64,000 nucleotides of DNA. It comes from Lama glama. Lineage: Eukaryota. The notes beneath the pieces were generated by a model. It did no database searches. It was not told where the DNA came from and saw only the letters and a list, made by a program, of their open reading frames with translations. The stretch covers positions 80,850,001 through 80,914,000 of the forward strand of contig CM052816.1 of NCBI GenBank assembly GCA_028534125.1. Reading direction: 5' to 3'. Below, one piece after another: positions 37,820 through 50,465 of the stretch. The translations under genes were made by a program, and so were the position numbers. The first letter of the stretch is position 1. Each line of letters begins with the position of its first letter.

Positions 37820-39848
37820 GACAACAGTGAAGTTTGCTCCACTGATTCTTCTTTTCATAAATGATTTCTCTCTAGCATGCAATGCTATTTGATAGCATTT
37901 TTACTGATAGTAGAACTCCTTTCAGATTGGAGTCAATCTTCTCAAATCCTGCCACTGTTTTATCAACTAAGTTTATGTAATATTCTAAATCCTTTGCTAT
38001 CGGTTAAACAATCTTTACAGCATCTTCACCAGCAGTAAACTCCATCTCAAGAAACCACTTTCCTTGTTCAGCCATTAGAGGCAACTCCTCATCCTTTAAA
38101 GTTTTATCATGAGATTGTAGCAATTTAATCACATCTTCAGGCTCCACTTCTAAATCAAGTCCCCTTGCTATTTTTACCACATCTGCAGTTTCTTCTTCCA
38201 CTGAAGTCTTGAACCCATCAAATTCATCCGTGAGGGTTGGAATCAACTTCTTCCAGACTCCTGTTACTATTGATATTTTGAGCTCTTCCCATGAATCATG
38301 AATGTTCTTAATGGCATCTAGAATGGTGAATCCTTTCCAGAAGATTTTCAATTGACTTTGCCAAGATCTATCAGAGGAATCACTTTCCATGGCAGTTCTA
38401 GCCTTACGAAATGTATTTCTTAAATAACAAGATTTGAAAGTTGAAATTTCTCCTTGATCCATGTGCTGCAGAATGGATGTTGTGTTAGCAACATGAAACA
38501 ACATGAATCTTGTTCATGAATCTCCATCAGAGCTCTTTGGTGACCAAGTGCTTTGTAAGCAGTAATATTTTTGAAAGGAATCTTTTTCTGAGCAGAAGGT
38601 CTCAACAGTGGGCTTAAAATATTCAGTAAACCATGTTGTAAACAGATGTGCTATGGTCCAGGGTTTGTTGTTCCATTTCTAGAACACAGGCAGAGTAGAT
38701 TTACCATAATTCTCAAGAGCCCTAGGATTTTCGGAATGGTAAATGAGCATTGACTTCCACTTAAAGCCACCAGCTGCATTAACCCCTAACAAGAAAGGCA
38801 GCATGTCCTTTGAAGCTCTGAAGCGAAGCATAGACTTCTCTCTAGCTATGAGGGTCCTCAATGGCACCTTCTTCCAATATAAGGCTGTTTCATCTGCATT
38901 GAAAATCTGTTGTTTAGTGTAGCCACCTTCATTAATGATCTCAGCTGGGTCTTCTGGATAACTTGTTGCAGCTTCTACATCGGTACCTGCTTCTTCACCC
39001 TGCACTTTTATGTTGTGGAGATGACTTCTTTCCTTAAACCTCATGAACCAACCACTGCTAGCTTCAAACCTTTCTTCTACAACTTCCTCACCTCTCTCGA
39101 CCTTCATAGAATTAAAGAGATGCAGGGCCTTGCTCTGGATTTGGCTTTGGCTTAAGGGAATGTTGTAGCTGGTTTGATCTTCTATCCAGACCACTAAAAT
39201 TTTGTCCATATCAGCAATATTTCACTTTCTTATCACTTGTGTTTTTACTGGAGTAATATTTTTAATTTCCTTCAAGAACTTTTTCTTTGCATCCACACCT
39301 TGGCTACCTAGATCAAGAGGCCTAGCTTTTGGCCTACCTCGGCTTTTGACATGCCTTCCTCATTAAGCTTAGTCATTTCCAACTTTTGATTTAAAGTGAG
39401 AGAAATGCAACTCTTCCTTTCACTTGAACGCCTAGAGGCCATTGTAGGGTTATTAATCAGCCTAATTTCAATATTATTGTGTCTCAGGAAACAGGAATGC
39501 CCAAGAGGAGAGAGGTAGAGTCGGGGGCCAGTAGGTGGAGCAGTCAGAACACAAACAACATTTATTGATTAACCTCCCTGTCTTAATGGGCACAGTTCCT
39601 GATGCACTCAAACAATTCCAATAGTAACATCAAGAACCACTGATCACAGATCACCATAACAAATATAATAATGACGAAAAAGTTTAAAATATTGTGAGAA
39701 TTACCAAAATGTGACACACGGAGTGAGCAAATGCTATTGGAGAAATGGCACCAATAGACTTGCTCATTGCAGGGTTGCCACAAACCTTCAATTTGTAAAG
39801 AAGACACAAAATCTGCAAAAGGCAGTAAAGTGAAGCACAATAAAACAG
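37818..39848 (-). mobile_element. Tigger1 (TcMar-Tigger, pogo family) DNA transposon, lacking the 3' end and terminal repeats
   Basis: Transposase remnants plus a 5' region ending 'aaagtgaagcacaataaaac'. The terminal CAGGCATACCT repeat is not visible at either side. Confidence 0.93.
37900..39442 (-). pseudogene. Decayed Tigger1 transposase (CENP-B-type HTH plus DDE_1 domains)
   Basis: ATG at 39442 gives MASRRSSERKSCISLTLNQKLEM..., then a stop. ORF 38679-39209 has [15 protein letters not shown] and [17 protein letters not shown] 38004-38504 has [23 protein letters not shown]. Broken by frameshifts and stops. Confidence 0.93.
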
Positions 39849-39849
39849 A

Positions 39850-40581
39850 ACTAGTGGACAAAAGTATCCTAATGAGAAATGAGATTTTTACATAATCTCA
39901 AAGTATCTCTGTAAAATACTAACTAATTACAAAAAGAAAAATAGTAACTTTATGGTGGACAAACCTGGCAGACATAACCACAACCAAGTCAACATTGCCA
40001 GTTAATGGGACGAGTATCATATGCTTCCTGAAAAGATGTACCTGGAAGAAACAGCATTTCCTCGGTGTTATCCCGCCAAAAGTAGAAAACTGAATCTAAT
40101 CTTGAGGAAACATCAAGCAAAGCTAAACTGAGAGACAAACTACAAAATATTAAAAATGGTTCTGTAATAAAGGAGACATTTCTTACTCTAGTGTGTGATC
40201 TCAGTTTGGAACCTGGACCAGGAGAAATTTACTTTTCTGAAAAGAACATTAAGGAGACAATTGATAATATTTGAATAAGGTCTATAGGTTAGATAATATT
40301 GTATCAATGTTAGTTTCTGGATTTTTATCACTGCACTTAAGTTATGTCTGATGTGTCCTTGGTTTTGTTATATATACACATTAATGTATTTGGGGGCAAA
40401 GAGGCAGTATGTCTCAGGGAGGGAGGGTGAGGAGAAAATGATGAAGCAAATGTGGTAAAATTCTTACATTTGGGTAATCTGGGTGAAGGATATGCAGGAA
40501 TTCTTTGTGCTATTTTGTAGTTTTTCTGTAAGTCTTAATTTTATTTTAAATAAAAAGTTTAAAATACATAAAAATAAAATA
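39850..40581 (+). mobile_element. L1MC-like 3' UTR, continuing the element split by Tigger1
   Basis: 'aaacctggcagaca...aatctgggtgaaggatatgcaggaattctttgtgctatt...aaataaaaagtt'. Confidence 0.8.
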
Positions 40582-40719
40582 GTACCTTTTTTTTCCAAAT
40601 CAGGATTAAAATATCTGCCTTAGGGATTTGACATTTTACTAAAGTGTAAGTAAGTTAAAAACATATATACATTCATATATAATCTCCAGGAATTTAAAAA
40701 CTCTAGTTGATTCGTGTAT

Positions 40720-41070
40720 TTGTTCATTCTTTAAATTAGTTATTAAGTACCAGTTGTGTTAAATATAAGGCACAGGGCTTATAGTTATAATCCAGATTCC
40801 TAGCACGCATGGAGCCTATATTTGTAAAGGGAGAGTGTGTTATGGGGGACAAAAATAATATAAAAGGAAACAAATGTCATAATTTCTGTTAGGTATGTTA
40901 TGAAGGAAATAAAATAAGGTGGTGTGATAGTGACAGTCACAGAAGTGTACGTGTGGAGTTGGTCAAGAAGGAACTTTCTGAGAGAGTGACTTTTGAAGTG
41001 ATACCTGAATTATGAAAAAGAGCCAATACTTAAAAAGCTAAGAGAATACTTCATAAAGGAATGCCTTGAC
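40720..41070 (-). mobile_element. L2 3' fragment
   Basis: 'ttattaagtaccag...catggagcctatatt...ctttctgagagagtgacttttgaagtgatacctgaa'. Confidence 0.6.
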
Positions 41071-41807
41071 TTTATTATAGATGTAAAGGTGAACACTGTA
41101 TAAAAAGCAGCTATTTGGTCTACAAAAATTATATACATATATAATTATTAACTTATAAAATTATTTCACAAGTTTCTGAGAGGCAGAAATGAGAGGCATG
41201 GAATATCATCGGAATGACAATTAACGATCTATGGGATCTGTTCTTTTTACCGCTATATAGCTGTATTATATAAGTCACTGAAATTCTCTGACTCTCAATT
41301 TTATCTGTAACAAGGACTGTGAGTAGAAAACGTAATGCCTCTTACACAGTCAATATTTATGATTTTACAATCTTATTAAATACCAATATTTATCATTTTA
41401 CAGTACAATTATGTAAGTATACATATAGGTAAATTCAAGTTGGTAGTAAAGAATAAATGGTGTTTTACAGTCTTCCACTGTTAACCACGAGGACTCTCTG
41501 GACTAAACCATACTTTGATTTTTAACAAGAAAGAGGCAATATTTCCAAGACACCAAGAAAAAGAAACTGGTCAAAGGGTTTCACAAAATCTCGTATTTCT
41601 TATTACATTTTATATCCAAACTATACTTCAGACTTCAACAACACTCCTCCCTTTTCATTCTTAATTGACTCTATATCTTACTTAACTGAAAATAATATTA
41701 ATAATCAGATTGAATCCCTATACCTTCCCAACAGCAAGTGTACCAACCAATTCAAATCTGTGTCAGTATTCTCTGCTTTAACTTCTGTTACAGTGGATTT
41801 GTCCTTC

Positions 41808-42163
41808 TATCTTAGCAACTTTCAAATATACAGTACAGTATTATAAACTGCAGCCACCAGGCTGTACAATACATACTCAGAACTTATTTATCTTTTAACT
41901 GAAAGTTTGTGCCTTTTGGTCGCCTTCACCTACCCCAACCCCCCATCTCAGGCAATGACCAATCTGTTTTCTGTTTCTGTGAGTTCAGTTTTTTTCAGAC
42001 CCCCATGTAAGTAAGATCACACAGTATTTGTCTTCCTGTGTCTGACTTGTTTCACCTAACATAATACCCTCAAGGTCCATCCTTGGAATTCGTTGTTGCA
42101 AATGGCAAGATTTCCTTCTTTTTATAACTGAATAATATTCCATTGTATGTATGTGTGCATGTG

Positions 42164-42201
<38 letters not shown>

Positions 42202-42447
42202 CGCATGCACACACACGCAATGTACATGAAACTGTAAAATATATATAAATGTAGAATGTACATAGAAAATGTAAAATATATATATTATTTTCCTTCATTC
42301 ATTTGCTGATAGACACTCAGGTTATTCCTATGTCTTGCCTATTATAATAATGCTGCAATGAACATGGGAATGCAGATCTTTCTGAGACAGTGATTTCACT
42401 TCCTTCAGATGTACACTCAGAAGTAGAATTGCTGAATTATAGATGGT
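41808..42447 (-). mobile_element. L1MA-like 3' fragment within an L2 remnant
   Basis: Minus ORF 41985-42263 has 'TMEYYSVIK...MDLEGIMLGETSQTQEDKY'. Confidence 0.85.
42152..42213. repeat. Palindromic compound microsatellite (TG-rich)-(AT)12-(CA-rich)
   Basis: The 19-bp arms are reverse complements with one mismatch, around a self-complementary (AT)12. Confidence 0.9.
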
Positions 42448-43659
42448 TGAGTGTCTTTAGGGCATAAACCTTATGTTACTTTTCTTAGTAGTACCACTGC
42501 ATAGCACAATATTTGATAAATAATTTGTAGACAATTAACAAACATTTATTAATTAGACTGAATTAAATCCATAAGCATAGGATATGGAAGAATGTTCTCT
42601 ACTCCTTTATTGGGAGGTAACTCACCCCTCATCCATGCACACACTAATATGACATGATTCATATACATAGGGAGAGGAGGCATTCTTGTATTATGAAACT
42701 CTTATCGTGTATACTTAGGCTTTTTTCTAAAGATATGTGCCTTAGAGCAGACTCAGCATCTTGCTTGGTGAGAGAATCTGAGAGCCAGCAGGAATCTCTC
42801 CTCAGCAGCTGGGTTCCCCAGGCTCTAACAGGTCATGTAGTGCCTGACAGAATGCAAATGAAATTGTATGAGCCTGGCTGTCTTTTCAGAGCTAGTGAAG
42901 GCTGAGAATGTTAGAATGTGGTCCACTGATGCTAATTTGAAATGCATGTTAATGTGCTGATTCACCTCAAAGATAAGTTTGCTTTTATAAATAGTGCTTC
43001 TCTTCCCATAAATAGGCTAAAAGAGACGACTCTCTGACAGGAATGAGACTTCAGAACTGGGGCACTTCTAAATGAAGGGGCCTATTTAGTTAATTATGGG
43101 GCCAACTTGTGAATGTGCTGCTAGAGGCTAGGAATGAATCCTATTCCTTGTGCTAAAGAGCCGGTAGATGATGCTGTCAGCCAGTTTCAGCCCCGTCTAT
43201 GAAGAGCCCACACTTTCCTGGATAATCATCCTGACTGTTAGGTCTGTTTAATAGTTAGAGAAGCCCCATGTTGGTCAGAGCTAACAAGGAGAAGTAGAGA
43301 GTAAGGGAGGGGTGATTTTTTTCATCCCTTTCATCAGGGAATGTTCATGAGTATATGTATGTTTTTGGATAGCATATGGTATTCTAGCTCTGTTCTGCTC
43401 AAAAAAAATTTTTTAAGGAAATAATACAGCCCCAAATTTCTACAGGACTTTACATTTCCTGTAGAAAAGTCCGTATTTGGAATACATAAAAAGCAATGCA
43501 AAGAATGGTACTGTTTGGTGGAGTACATAGTCATTTCTTCCTTTCTTAATCATTCATTCATTGCCTTTTACTCAATACTTGGTAGGTGCTGGTAAGAATG
43601 TCTGTTTGTCCTATATCCAACAGAACAGTTCCCAAATGAAGTTTATTGTATTTCCTAAG

Positions 43660-44420
43660 ATCAAAAATATGGACCATGGGGTCAGAGTACCTACATTTGA
43701 ATTCTGGTTACACATTTACGTGATCTCAGATTCTTTATGTGTAAAAATTGTACCTAGTTCATAAGGATGATGTGAAGAAAGAAATGTGTTAATAACATGT
43801 CAGGCATTTAGATCAGTGCCTAGCATACAGTAAGTAATTTTTTTAAATTAGCTAATTATCTCCTGAATCTCTCCTATCTTAATTCCTTCTTGCTCTCTTA
43901 ATCTAGGATTTCATTGTATTTTTCCTGGATTACTTTTCCCTCCCACAAATCTCCTAGCCTCGAGTATTTCCCCTCCCTAAATAGCTACCAATGTAATTTT
44001 TCTGAAATGCAAATATGACCATGTTACTCCCCTGGTTTTACTCAAACTCCCAATCATGGCGCACAAGGTATTCTCCTTTCCAACCTTAACCTTCTTCCTA
44101 CTCCTCCCATTTTGTTCTACTACAATATTGAAAGGCTTTCAATGATCCCGTCACAACAGATTCTCTTATGCTTGTATAACTGTCTAATATATTCTTTCCC
44201 TTCCTTCCTACCTGGTGGGCATCCTTCAGACTCCTACTCACAATTTCCCTTCTGTTGCTAGCCTTCTGTAGCCTCCCTTCATCTGTGACTGACTTAATTG
44301 CTTCCTCCTTTGTGTTTCTTCTGTTTATCAGTTATAATTCTGTTATTATTGCGAAATTCTGTTATTCTGCGAAATTCTGTTATTATGCGAAAGCATGTCC
44401 TACTGTATTGTGTCTTCACA
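43660..44420 (+). mobile_element. MIR (~43660-43860) followed by decayed L2
   Basis: 'tttgaattctggtt...gtgcctagcatacagtaagt', then 'tttctgaaatgcaaatatgaccatgttactcccctg'. Confidence 0.6.
44336..44390 (+). repeat. Tandem repeat, 3 x 18-19 bp (aattctgttattatgcga)
   Basis: Copies at 44336-44354, 44355-44372 and 44373-44390. Confidence 0.95.
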
Positions 44421-44804
44421 TGGGAACGGGATAGTTGTTTTAAGTAAGTAATCATGAAGGTGACAGCACACTCTTCCCCAGTGAGGGGAATTACTGTTTG
44501 CTTAAGAAAACATACATCTGAAATTAGAGATCCAAGCAGTTAGATAACAACAGTTTGTGAACTCTCTCTTTTACTGAAATAGCTATGGTTTGAGTATGTT
44601 CTCTCTGAAAGAGGAAATATGGAAATACTTATTTACACCTTAAATATTTGAAAAAAATCTAAAGTGGTTATAGAAAACTATAGAATTAAATAAGAGCTAG
44701 CCAAAGCAAAAGTTGGACAGGATCTGTTGTTGGATTTAGACTACCTATGTGACAAAGATTTCTGGTTGCACTCCAATTCTATTTTTCCCTTCTTCCTTAG
44801 TGTG

Positions 44805-45686
44805 AGTAATTGGAGTCCTAGAAGGTAAGTGGGAAGAATCACAGAAAAAATATTTTAAAAAATATTGGAGGAAATTTGTCCAAATTTGATGAAAACTATA
44901 CAGCGATAGAAACAAGCTAAGCAAAACCCAAACAGAAAAGAATATAGGACATCATAATCAAATTGCTTAAAGCCAGTGATAAAAAGAAAAACTTAAAAAC
45001 AGCCAAAGGTAAAAAGATACCTTATATGCAAAGGAACAAAGGTAAGAATGACAATAGAATAACAAGGGAAACAACATGCAAGACAGAAGATAGTGAAGCA
45101 ACATCAAAGGTATTTTAAGAAAAGAAAACTTCAGGCCAATACCTCTCATTAACATAGAGGCATTTTTTTTTTAATTTTAGCAAACGAAATCCAACCATAT
45201 ATTGAAAAGTTAATACCTCATAATCAAGAGAGGTTTATCTCAGAAATGCAAGACTGGTTTAGTATTTGAAAATCAATGAGTATAATGTACCATGTTAGTA
45301 TTTTAAAATAAAAATCATATGATCATCTGAATAACACAAAAAATGTACTTTACGAATTCCAACATCTACTTCTGACAAAACTCTCAGCAGACCAAAAACA
45401 GAAATTTATGAACCTAATAAAAGGCATTACATGAAGAACCTAAGACTGATATCATATTAAAAGATGCAAGATTGAATGCTTTCCTTCTATAGTTAAGAAT
45501 GAGGCAAAGATATTCACTCTCACCGCTTCCATTGAATGCTTTTCTGGAAATACTAGTAAGTGCAAGAAAAATATTAAAGGCATATATAATGGAAAGAAAA
45601 AATTTTAAACTGATTTCACTTGTAGATCCATGATGATCTATGCAGAAAATCCTAGGTGATCTAGCCCAAACCTATTGAAGCTAGTA
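44805..45686 (+). mobile_element. Old L1M fragment (ORF1 remnant joined to ORF2 RT region)
   Basis: 'aaagaaaacttcaggccaatacctctcattaacataga' (KENFRPIPLINI) through 'atgatctatgcagaaaatcctag'. Confidence 0.8.
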
Positions 45687-48600
45687 ATTCATTGATGAGC
45701 TCTAGTAGTTTTCTGGTAGTATCTTTAGAATTTTCTATGTATAGTATCATGTCATCTGCAGTGAGTTTTACTTCTTTTCCAATTTGGATTCTTTTTATTT
45801 CTTTTTCTTCTCTGATTGATATGGCTAGGACTTCCAAACCTACGTTGAATAAATGTGGCAAGAGTGGATATCTTTGTACAGTTCCTGATCTTAGAGGAAA
45901 TGCTTTTCAGCATTTCACCATTAAGTGTATTAGCTGTGGGTCTGTCATATACGGCCTTTATTATGTTGAGTTATGTTCCCTCTATGCCCACTTTCTGGAG
46001 AGTTTTTATTAAAAATCGATGTTAAATTTTATCAGAAGCTTCTTCTGCATCTATTAAGATGATCATGGAGTTTTTATTCTTCAATTCGTTAATGTGGTGT
46101 ATCACACTGATTTGCAAATATTGAAAAATCCTTGCATCCCTGGGATAAATCCCACTGGATCATAGTGTATGATCCTTTAATGCATTGCTGGGGTCAATTT
46201 GCTAGTATTTTGTTGAGGATTTTTGCATCTATATTCATAAGTGATATTGGCCTATAATTTTCTTTTTTTGTGATACCTTTGTCTGGTTTTGGTATCAGAG
46301 TGATGGTGGCCTCATAGAATGAGTTTGGAGGTGTTCCTTCCTCTGTAGTTTTTTGAAATAGTTTCAGAAGGATTGATGTTAACTCTAAATGTTTGGTAGA
46401 ATTCACCTGTGAAACCATCTGATCCTGGACTTTTGTTTGTTGGAAGTTTTTTAATTACTGATTCGATTTCAATACTGGTAATTGGTCTATTCATATTACC
46501 TATTTCTTCCTGGTTCAGGCTTGGCAAATTGTACCTTTCTAAGAAACTGTCCATTTCTTCTAGGTTTTCCTTTTTGTTGGCATATAGGTGCTCATAGCAG
46601 CCTCTTATAATCCCTGGTATCAGTTGTAACTTCTTTTTCATTTCTGAATTTATTAATTTGGGCCTTCTCTCTTTTATTCTTCATGAGTCTGACTAAAGGT
46701 TTATCAATTTTGTTTATCTTTTTAAAGAACGAGCTTTTAGTTTCATTGATCTTCTCTATTGTTTTTTAATCTCTATTTCTACTCTAATCTTTATGATTTC
46801 TTTCCTTCTGCTAACTTTGGGTTTGTTTGTTCTTTCTTTGGTTGCTTTAGGTGTAATGTTAGGTTGTCTATTTGAGATTGTTCTGGTTTTCTGAGGTAAG
46901 CTTGTATCACTATAAACTTCTCTCTTAGAACTGCTTTTGCTATGTCCCAGAGGTTTTGGGTCATCGAGTTTTTGTTTTCATTCGTCTCTAATTATTTTTC
47001 CTCTGATTTCTTCAGTGATTCATTTGTTGTTTAGTAGCATATTGTTTAGCCTCCACGTGTTTGTGTTTTTTGCAGTTTTTTTTTTCTTGTAGTTGATTTC
47101 TAATCTCATAGTGTTGTGGTCAGAAAAGATGATTGATATGGTTTCAGTTTTCTTAAATTTATTGAGGCTTGCTTTGTGGGCCAGCATGTGATCTATTCTG
47201 GAGAATGTTCCATGTGCACTTGAGAAGAATGTGTATTCTGCTGCTTTCAGATGGAATGCTTTATAAATATCAATTAAGTCCATCTGGTCTAATGCATCAT
47301 TTAAGGCTTGTATTTCCTTATTGATTTTCTGTCTGGATGAACTATCCATTGATGTAAGTGGGACGGTAAGGTCCCCCACTATTATTATGTTATTGTCGAT
47401 TTCTCCTTTTATGTCTGTTAACAGTTGCCCTATATATTGAGGTGCTCCTATGTTGAGTGTATATGTATTTACAATTGTTACGTCTTCTTCTTGGATTGAT
47501 CTGTTGAGCATTATGTAGTGTCCTTTTTGTCTCTTGTAACAATCTTTATTTTAAAGTCTATTTTGTCTGATATAAGTATTGCTATTCCAGATTTCTCTTG
47601 GTTTCCATTTCCATGGAATGCCATTTTCCATCCCCTTATTTTCATCCTATATGTGTCTCTAGCTCTGAAGTGGGTCTCCTGTGAGCTTGTTTTTGTATCC
47701 ATTCAGCCAGTCTATGTCTTTTGGTTAGAGCGTTTAATTCATTTACCTTTAGGGTAGTTATTGATACGTATGTTCTTACTGCCATTTTGTTAATTGTTTT
47801 GGATTTGTTTTTATAGGTCTTTTTTTCTCTTTCTTCTTTTTGTTCTCTTCTCTTGTAGTTTGATGACTACAGCATTACATTTGAATTCCTCTTTCTTTCT
47901 TGTTTGTATATCTATTATAGATTTTTGGTTTGTGGTTACCATGAAGTTTTGGTATAGAAGTCTGTATATATATATGATTGTTTTAAGTTGCTGATCTCTT
48001 AATTTCAAATACATTTTAGATACCCTGCATTCATACCCTCCTCCCCTCATGATTACTGGTTTTGATATCGTATTTTATGTCAAATTGTTTTGTGTATCCT
48101 TTAACTGTTTATTGGGATACAGATGATTTTACTACTTTTGTCTTTCACCTTCCCTATTAGTTTGTGTGTGGATGATTTCCTACCTTTACTATATGTTTGC
48201 CTTTGCTGGTGAACTTTCCCATTTTGTAATTTTCTTATTTCTAATTGTGGCTTTTTCTTTTCTACCTAGAGAAGTTCCTTTAACACTTGTTGTAAAGCTG
48301 GTTTGCTGATGCTGAATTCTTTTAGCTTTTGCTTATCTGTGAAGCTTTTAATTTCGCCATTAAATCTGAATGAGAACCTTGCTGGATAGAGTATTATTGG
48401 TTGTAGTTTTTCCCTTTCATCACCTTAAATATATTGTGCCACTCCCTTCTGGCCTGTAGAATTTATGCTGAAAAATCAACTAATAACTGTATGGGACTTC
48501 CCTTTATGCTATTTGTTGCTTTTATCTTGCTGATTTTAATATTTTCCCCTTATCTTTAATTTTTGTCAATTCAATTACTATGTGCCTCAGCTTGTTCCTC

Positions 48601-50120
48601 TTTGGGTTAACCCTGTATGGGACACTCTATTCTTTCTGGACTTGGGGGACTTTTTCCTTTTCCAAGTTAGGGAAGTTTTCAACTATTATCTTTTCAAAAA
48701 TTTTCTCTTTCTCTCTCTCTTCTCTTTCTGGGACCCCTATAATGTGAATATTAATGCACTTCATGTTGTCCCAGAGGTCTCTTAAACAATCCTCATTTCT
48801 TTTCATTGTTTTTTCTTTTTTTCGTTCTGCAGTAGTGATTTCACTACTCTGTCTTCTAGCTCACTGATATGTTCTTCTGCCTCATTTAGTCTATTCTTGA
48901 TTCCTTCTAGTGTGTTATTCATTTCAGTAATTAGATTCTTCAACTCTGTTTGGTTGTTCTTTATATTTTATAACTCTTTGCTAAAATTTTTACTCTGTGC
49001 ATCTATTCTCCTCTCAAGTTCTCTGATCATCTTTACAATCATTACTCTGAACTCTTTCTCAGGTAGATTGCCTATCTTCTCATCACTTATTTCTTCTTCC
49101 AGGACTTTATCTTGTGCCTTTGCCTGAAATGTATTCCTTTGCCACCTCATTTTGTCTAAATTTCTATTTGTATTTTTATGTAGGTTAGTTAGCTTCTCAA
49201 CCTTGGAGAAATGGCCTTCTGTATAAGACATCTTATGTGTCCCAGTAGTGTACTCCCCTCTTGTCATCCAAGGGCAAGGGTCCAGCTAGTCCCAGGGTAG
49301 AGTCTGGCCTCCATTTGCAGACTCCTTCTACAGGCTGTGGGATTGTTATTTTCTTATTTCTGGTATCTGCCCCCTGGTGGGTGAGGCTGGACTAGAGGGT
49401 TGTGAAGATTTTCCTGGCAGGAGGGATCAGTGCCTGCCCACTGCTGGGTGGAGCTGGGTCCAGGCCCTCTGGTGGGCAGGGCCATGTCTGGGGGCATGTC
49501 TGGAGGTGGAGGTGGACTCAGGAAGTCTGCTGATGGGTGGGGCTGCATTCCTACCTAGTATGTTGTTTGGCCTGAGGCATCACAGCATTTAAGCCTATAG
49601 GCTGTTGGGTGGGGCCAGAGCTTGGCATCAATGACCTAAGCAAGATGTCAGCCTCCAGGAAAACTCATGTAGATGAACCTTCCCCGAATGTTCATCACCA
49701 GCCTTAATGTCCCCAGGGTAAGCCACAGCTACCCCCCGCCCCCAGCTCCCTAGGAGAACTTCTAAAACCAGCAGGCCCAGGTTCCTATGAAATCACTGTC
49801 TCTGCTTTTGGTCCCAGTGCATGAGAGATTCTGTGTGCATTTCTCAAGAGAGTGAAGTCTCTGTTTGCACAGTCCTGTGGATCTCCTCCAATTAAGTCCC
49901 ACTGGCCTTCAAAACCAGATGTTCTGGAGGCTCTTCCTCTCAATGCTAGAATCCTCAGCTGGGAAACCTGACGTAGGATTCAGAGCTCTCATTCCTGTGG
50001 GAGGGCCTCTGCAATATAATTTTTCTCCAGCTTTGGGTCGCCACCAAGTGGGTAGGGCGCCCAATTATATTGTGTGTGTGCCCCTCCTACTGTCCCACTG
50101 TGGTTCCCTTTTTATGTTTT
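45687..50120 (-). mobile_element. L1 5' portion (5' UTR, ORF1 from 49150, ORF2 from 47785), truncated inside the RT domain
   Basis: Minus ORFs 47020-47511 (HGTFSRIDHML), 46194-46418 ([23 protein letters not shown]) and 45661-45861 ([10 protein letters not shown]). No 3' UTR or polyA. Confidence 0.95.
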
Positions 50121-50129
50121 CTCCTGTGT

Positions 50130-50465
50130 CAGCGGGTTGTCTGGGGGGGTTGGCTCTAGACTTGGTTCAGCTGGGGTAGTTCTGCTCCACTTGTCTTTAA
50201 TCTTCCTTGGACCAGTGTAAACCAGGCTTATTCTCCCAGCAATGGCTGAAATATGAGTAGGCATTAAGGAATATCCAAGACCTCTTGGGTCTGGCTTACA
50301 AATGGTACACTGTCATATCCATCTCATTTTGTTAGACAAAGGAAATCAAATGCAAAGTCAAGGAATGGGGAAGTAAACACCATCCCATTAGTAATAGGAA
50401 CTCATGACAAATGGTGAGTGACAGCAGGAGTGAAGTATTGGGGCCAATAATGTAATCTACAAACA
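50130..50465 (-). mobile_element. MaLR LTR fragment (MLT1G/H-like)
   Basis: Ends 'gaagtattggggccaataatgtaatctacaaaca'. Confidence 0.6.

Noticed and set aside
38004..39442. Domesticated TIGD1-like gene or active transposase
   Set aside because: The reading frame has a stop near codon 45 and frameshifts between the ORF pieces, and the terminal repeats are lost.
44336..44390. CRISPR-like array
   Set aside because: The repeats are directly adjacent with no spacers, there are no cas genes, and the context is mammalian.
45687..50120. Active full-length L1
   Set aside because: Both ORFs have many stops and frameshifts, and the element is cut within the RT domain.
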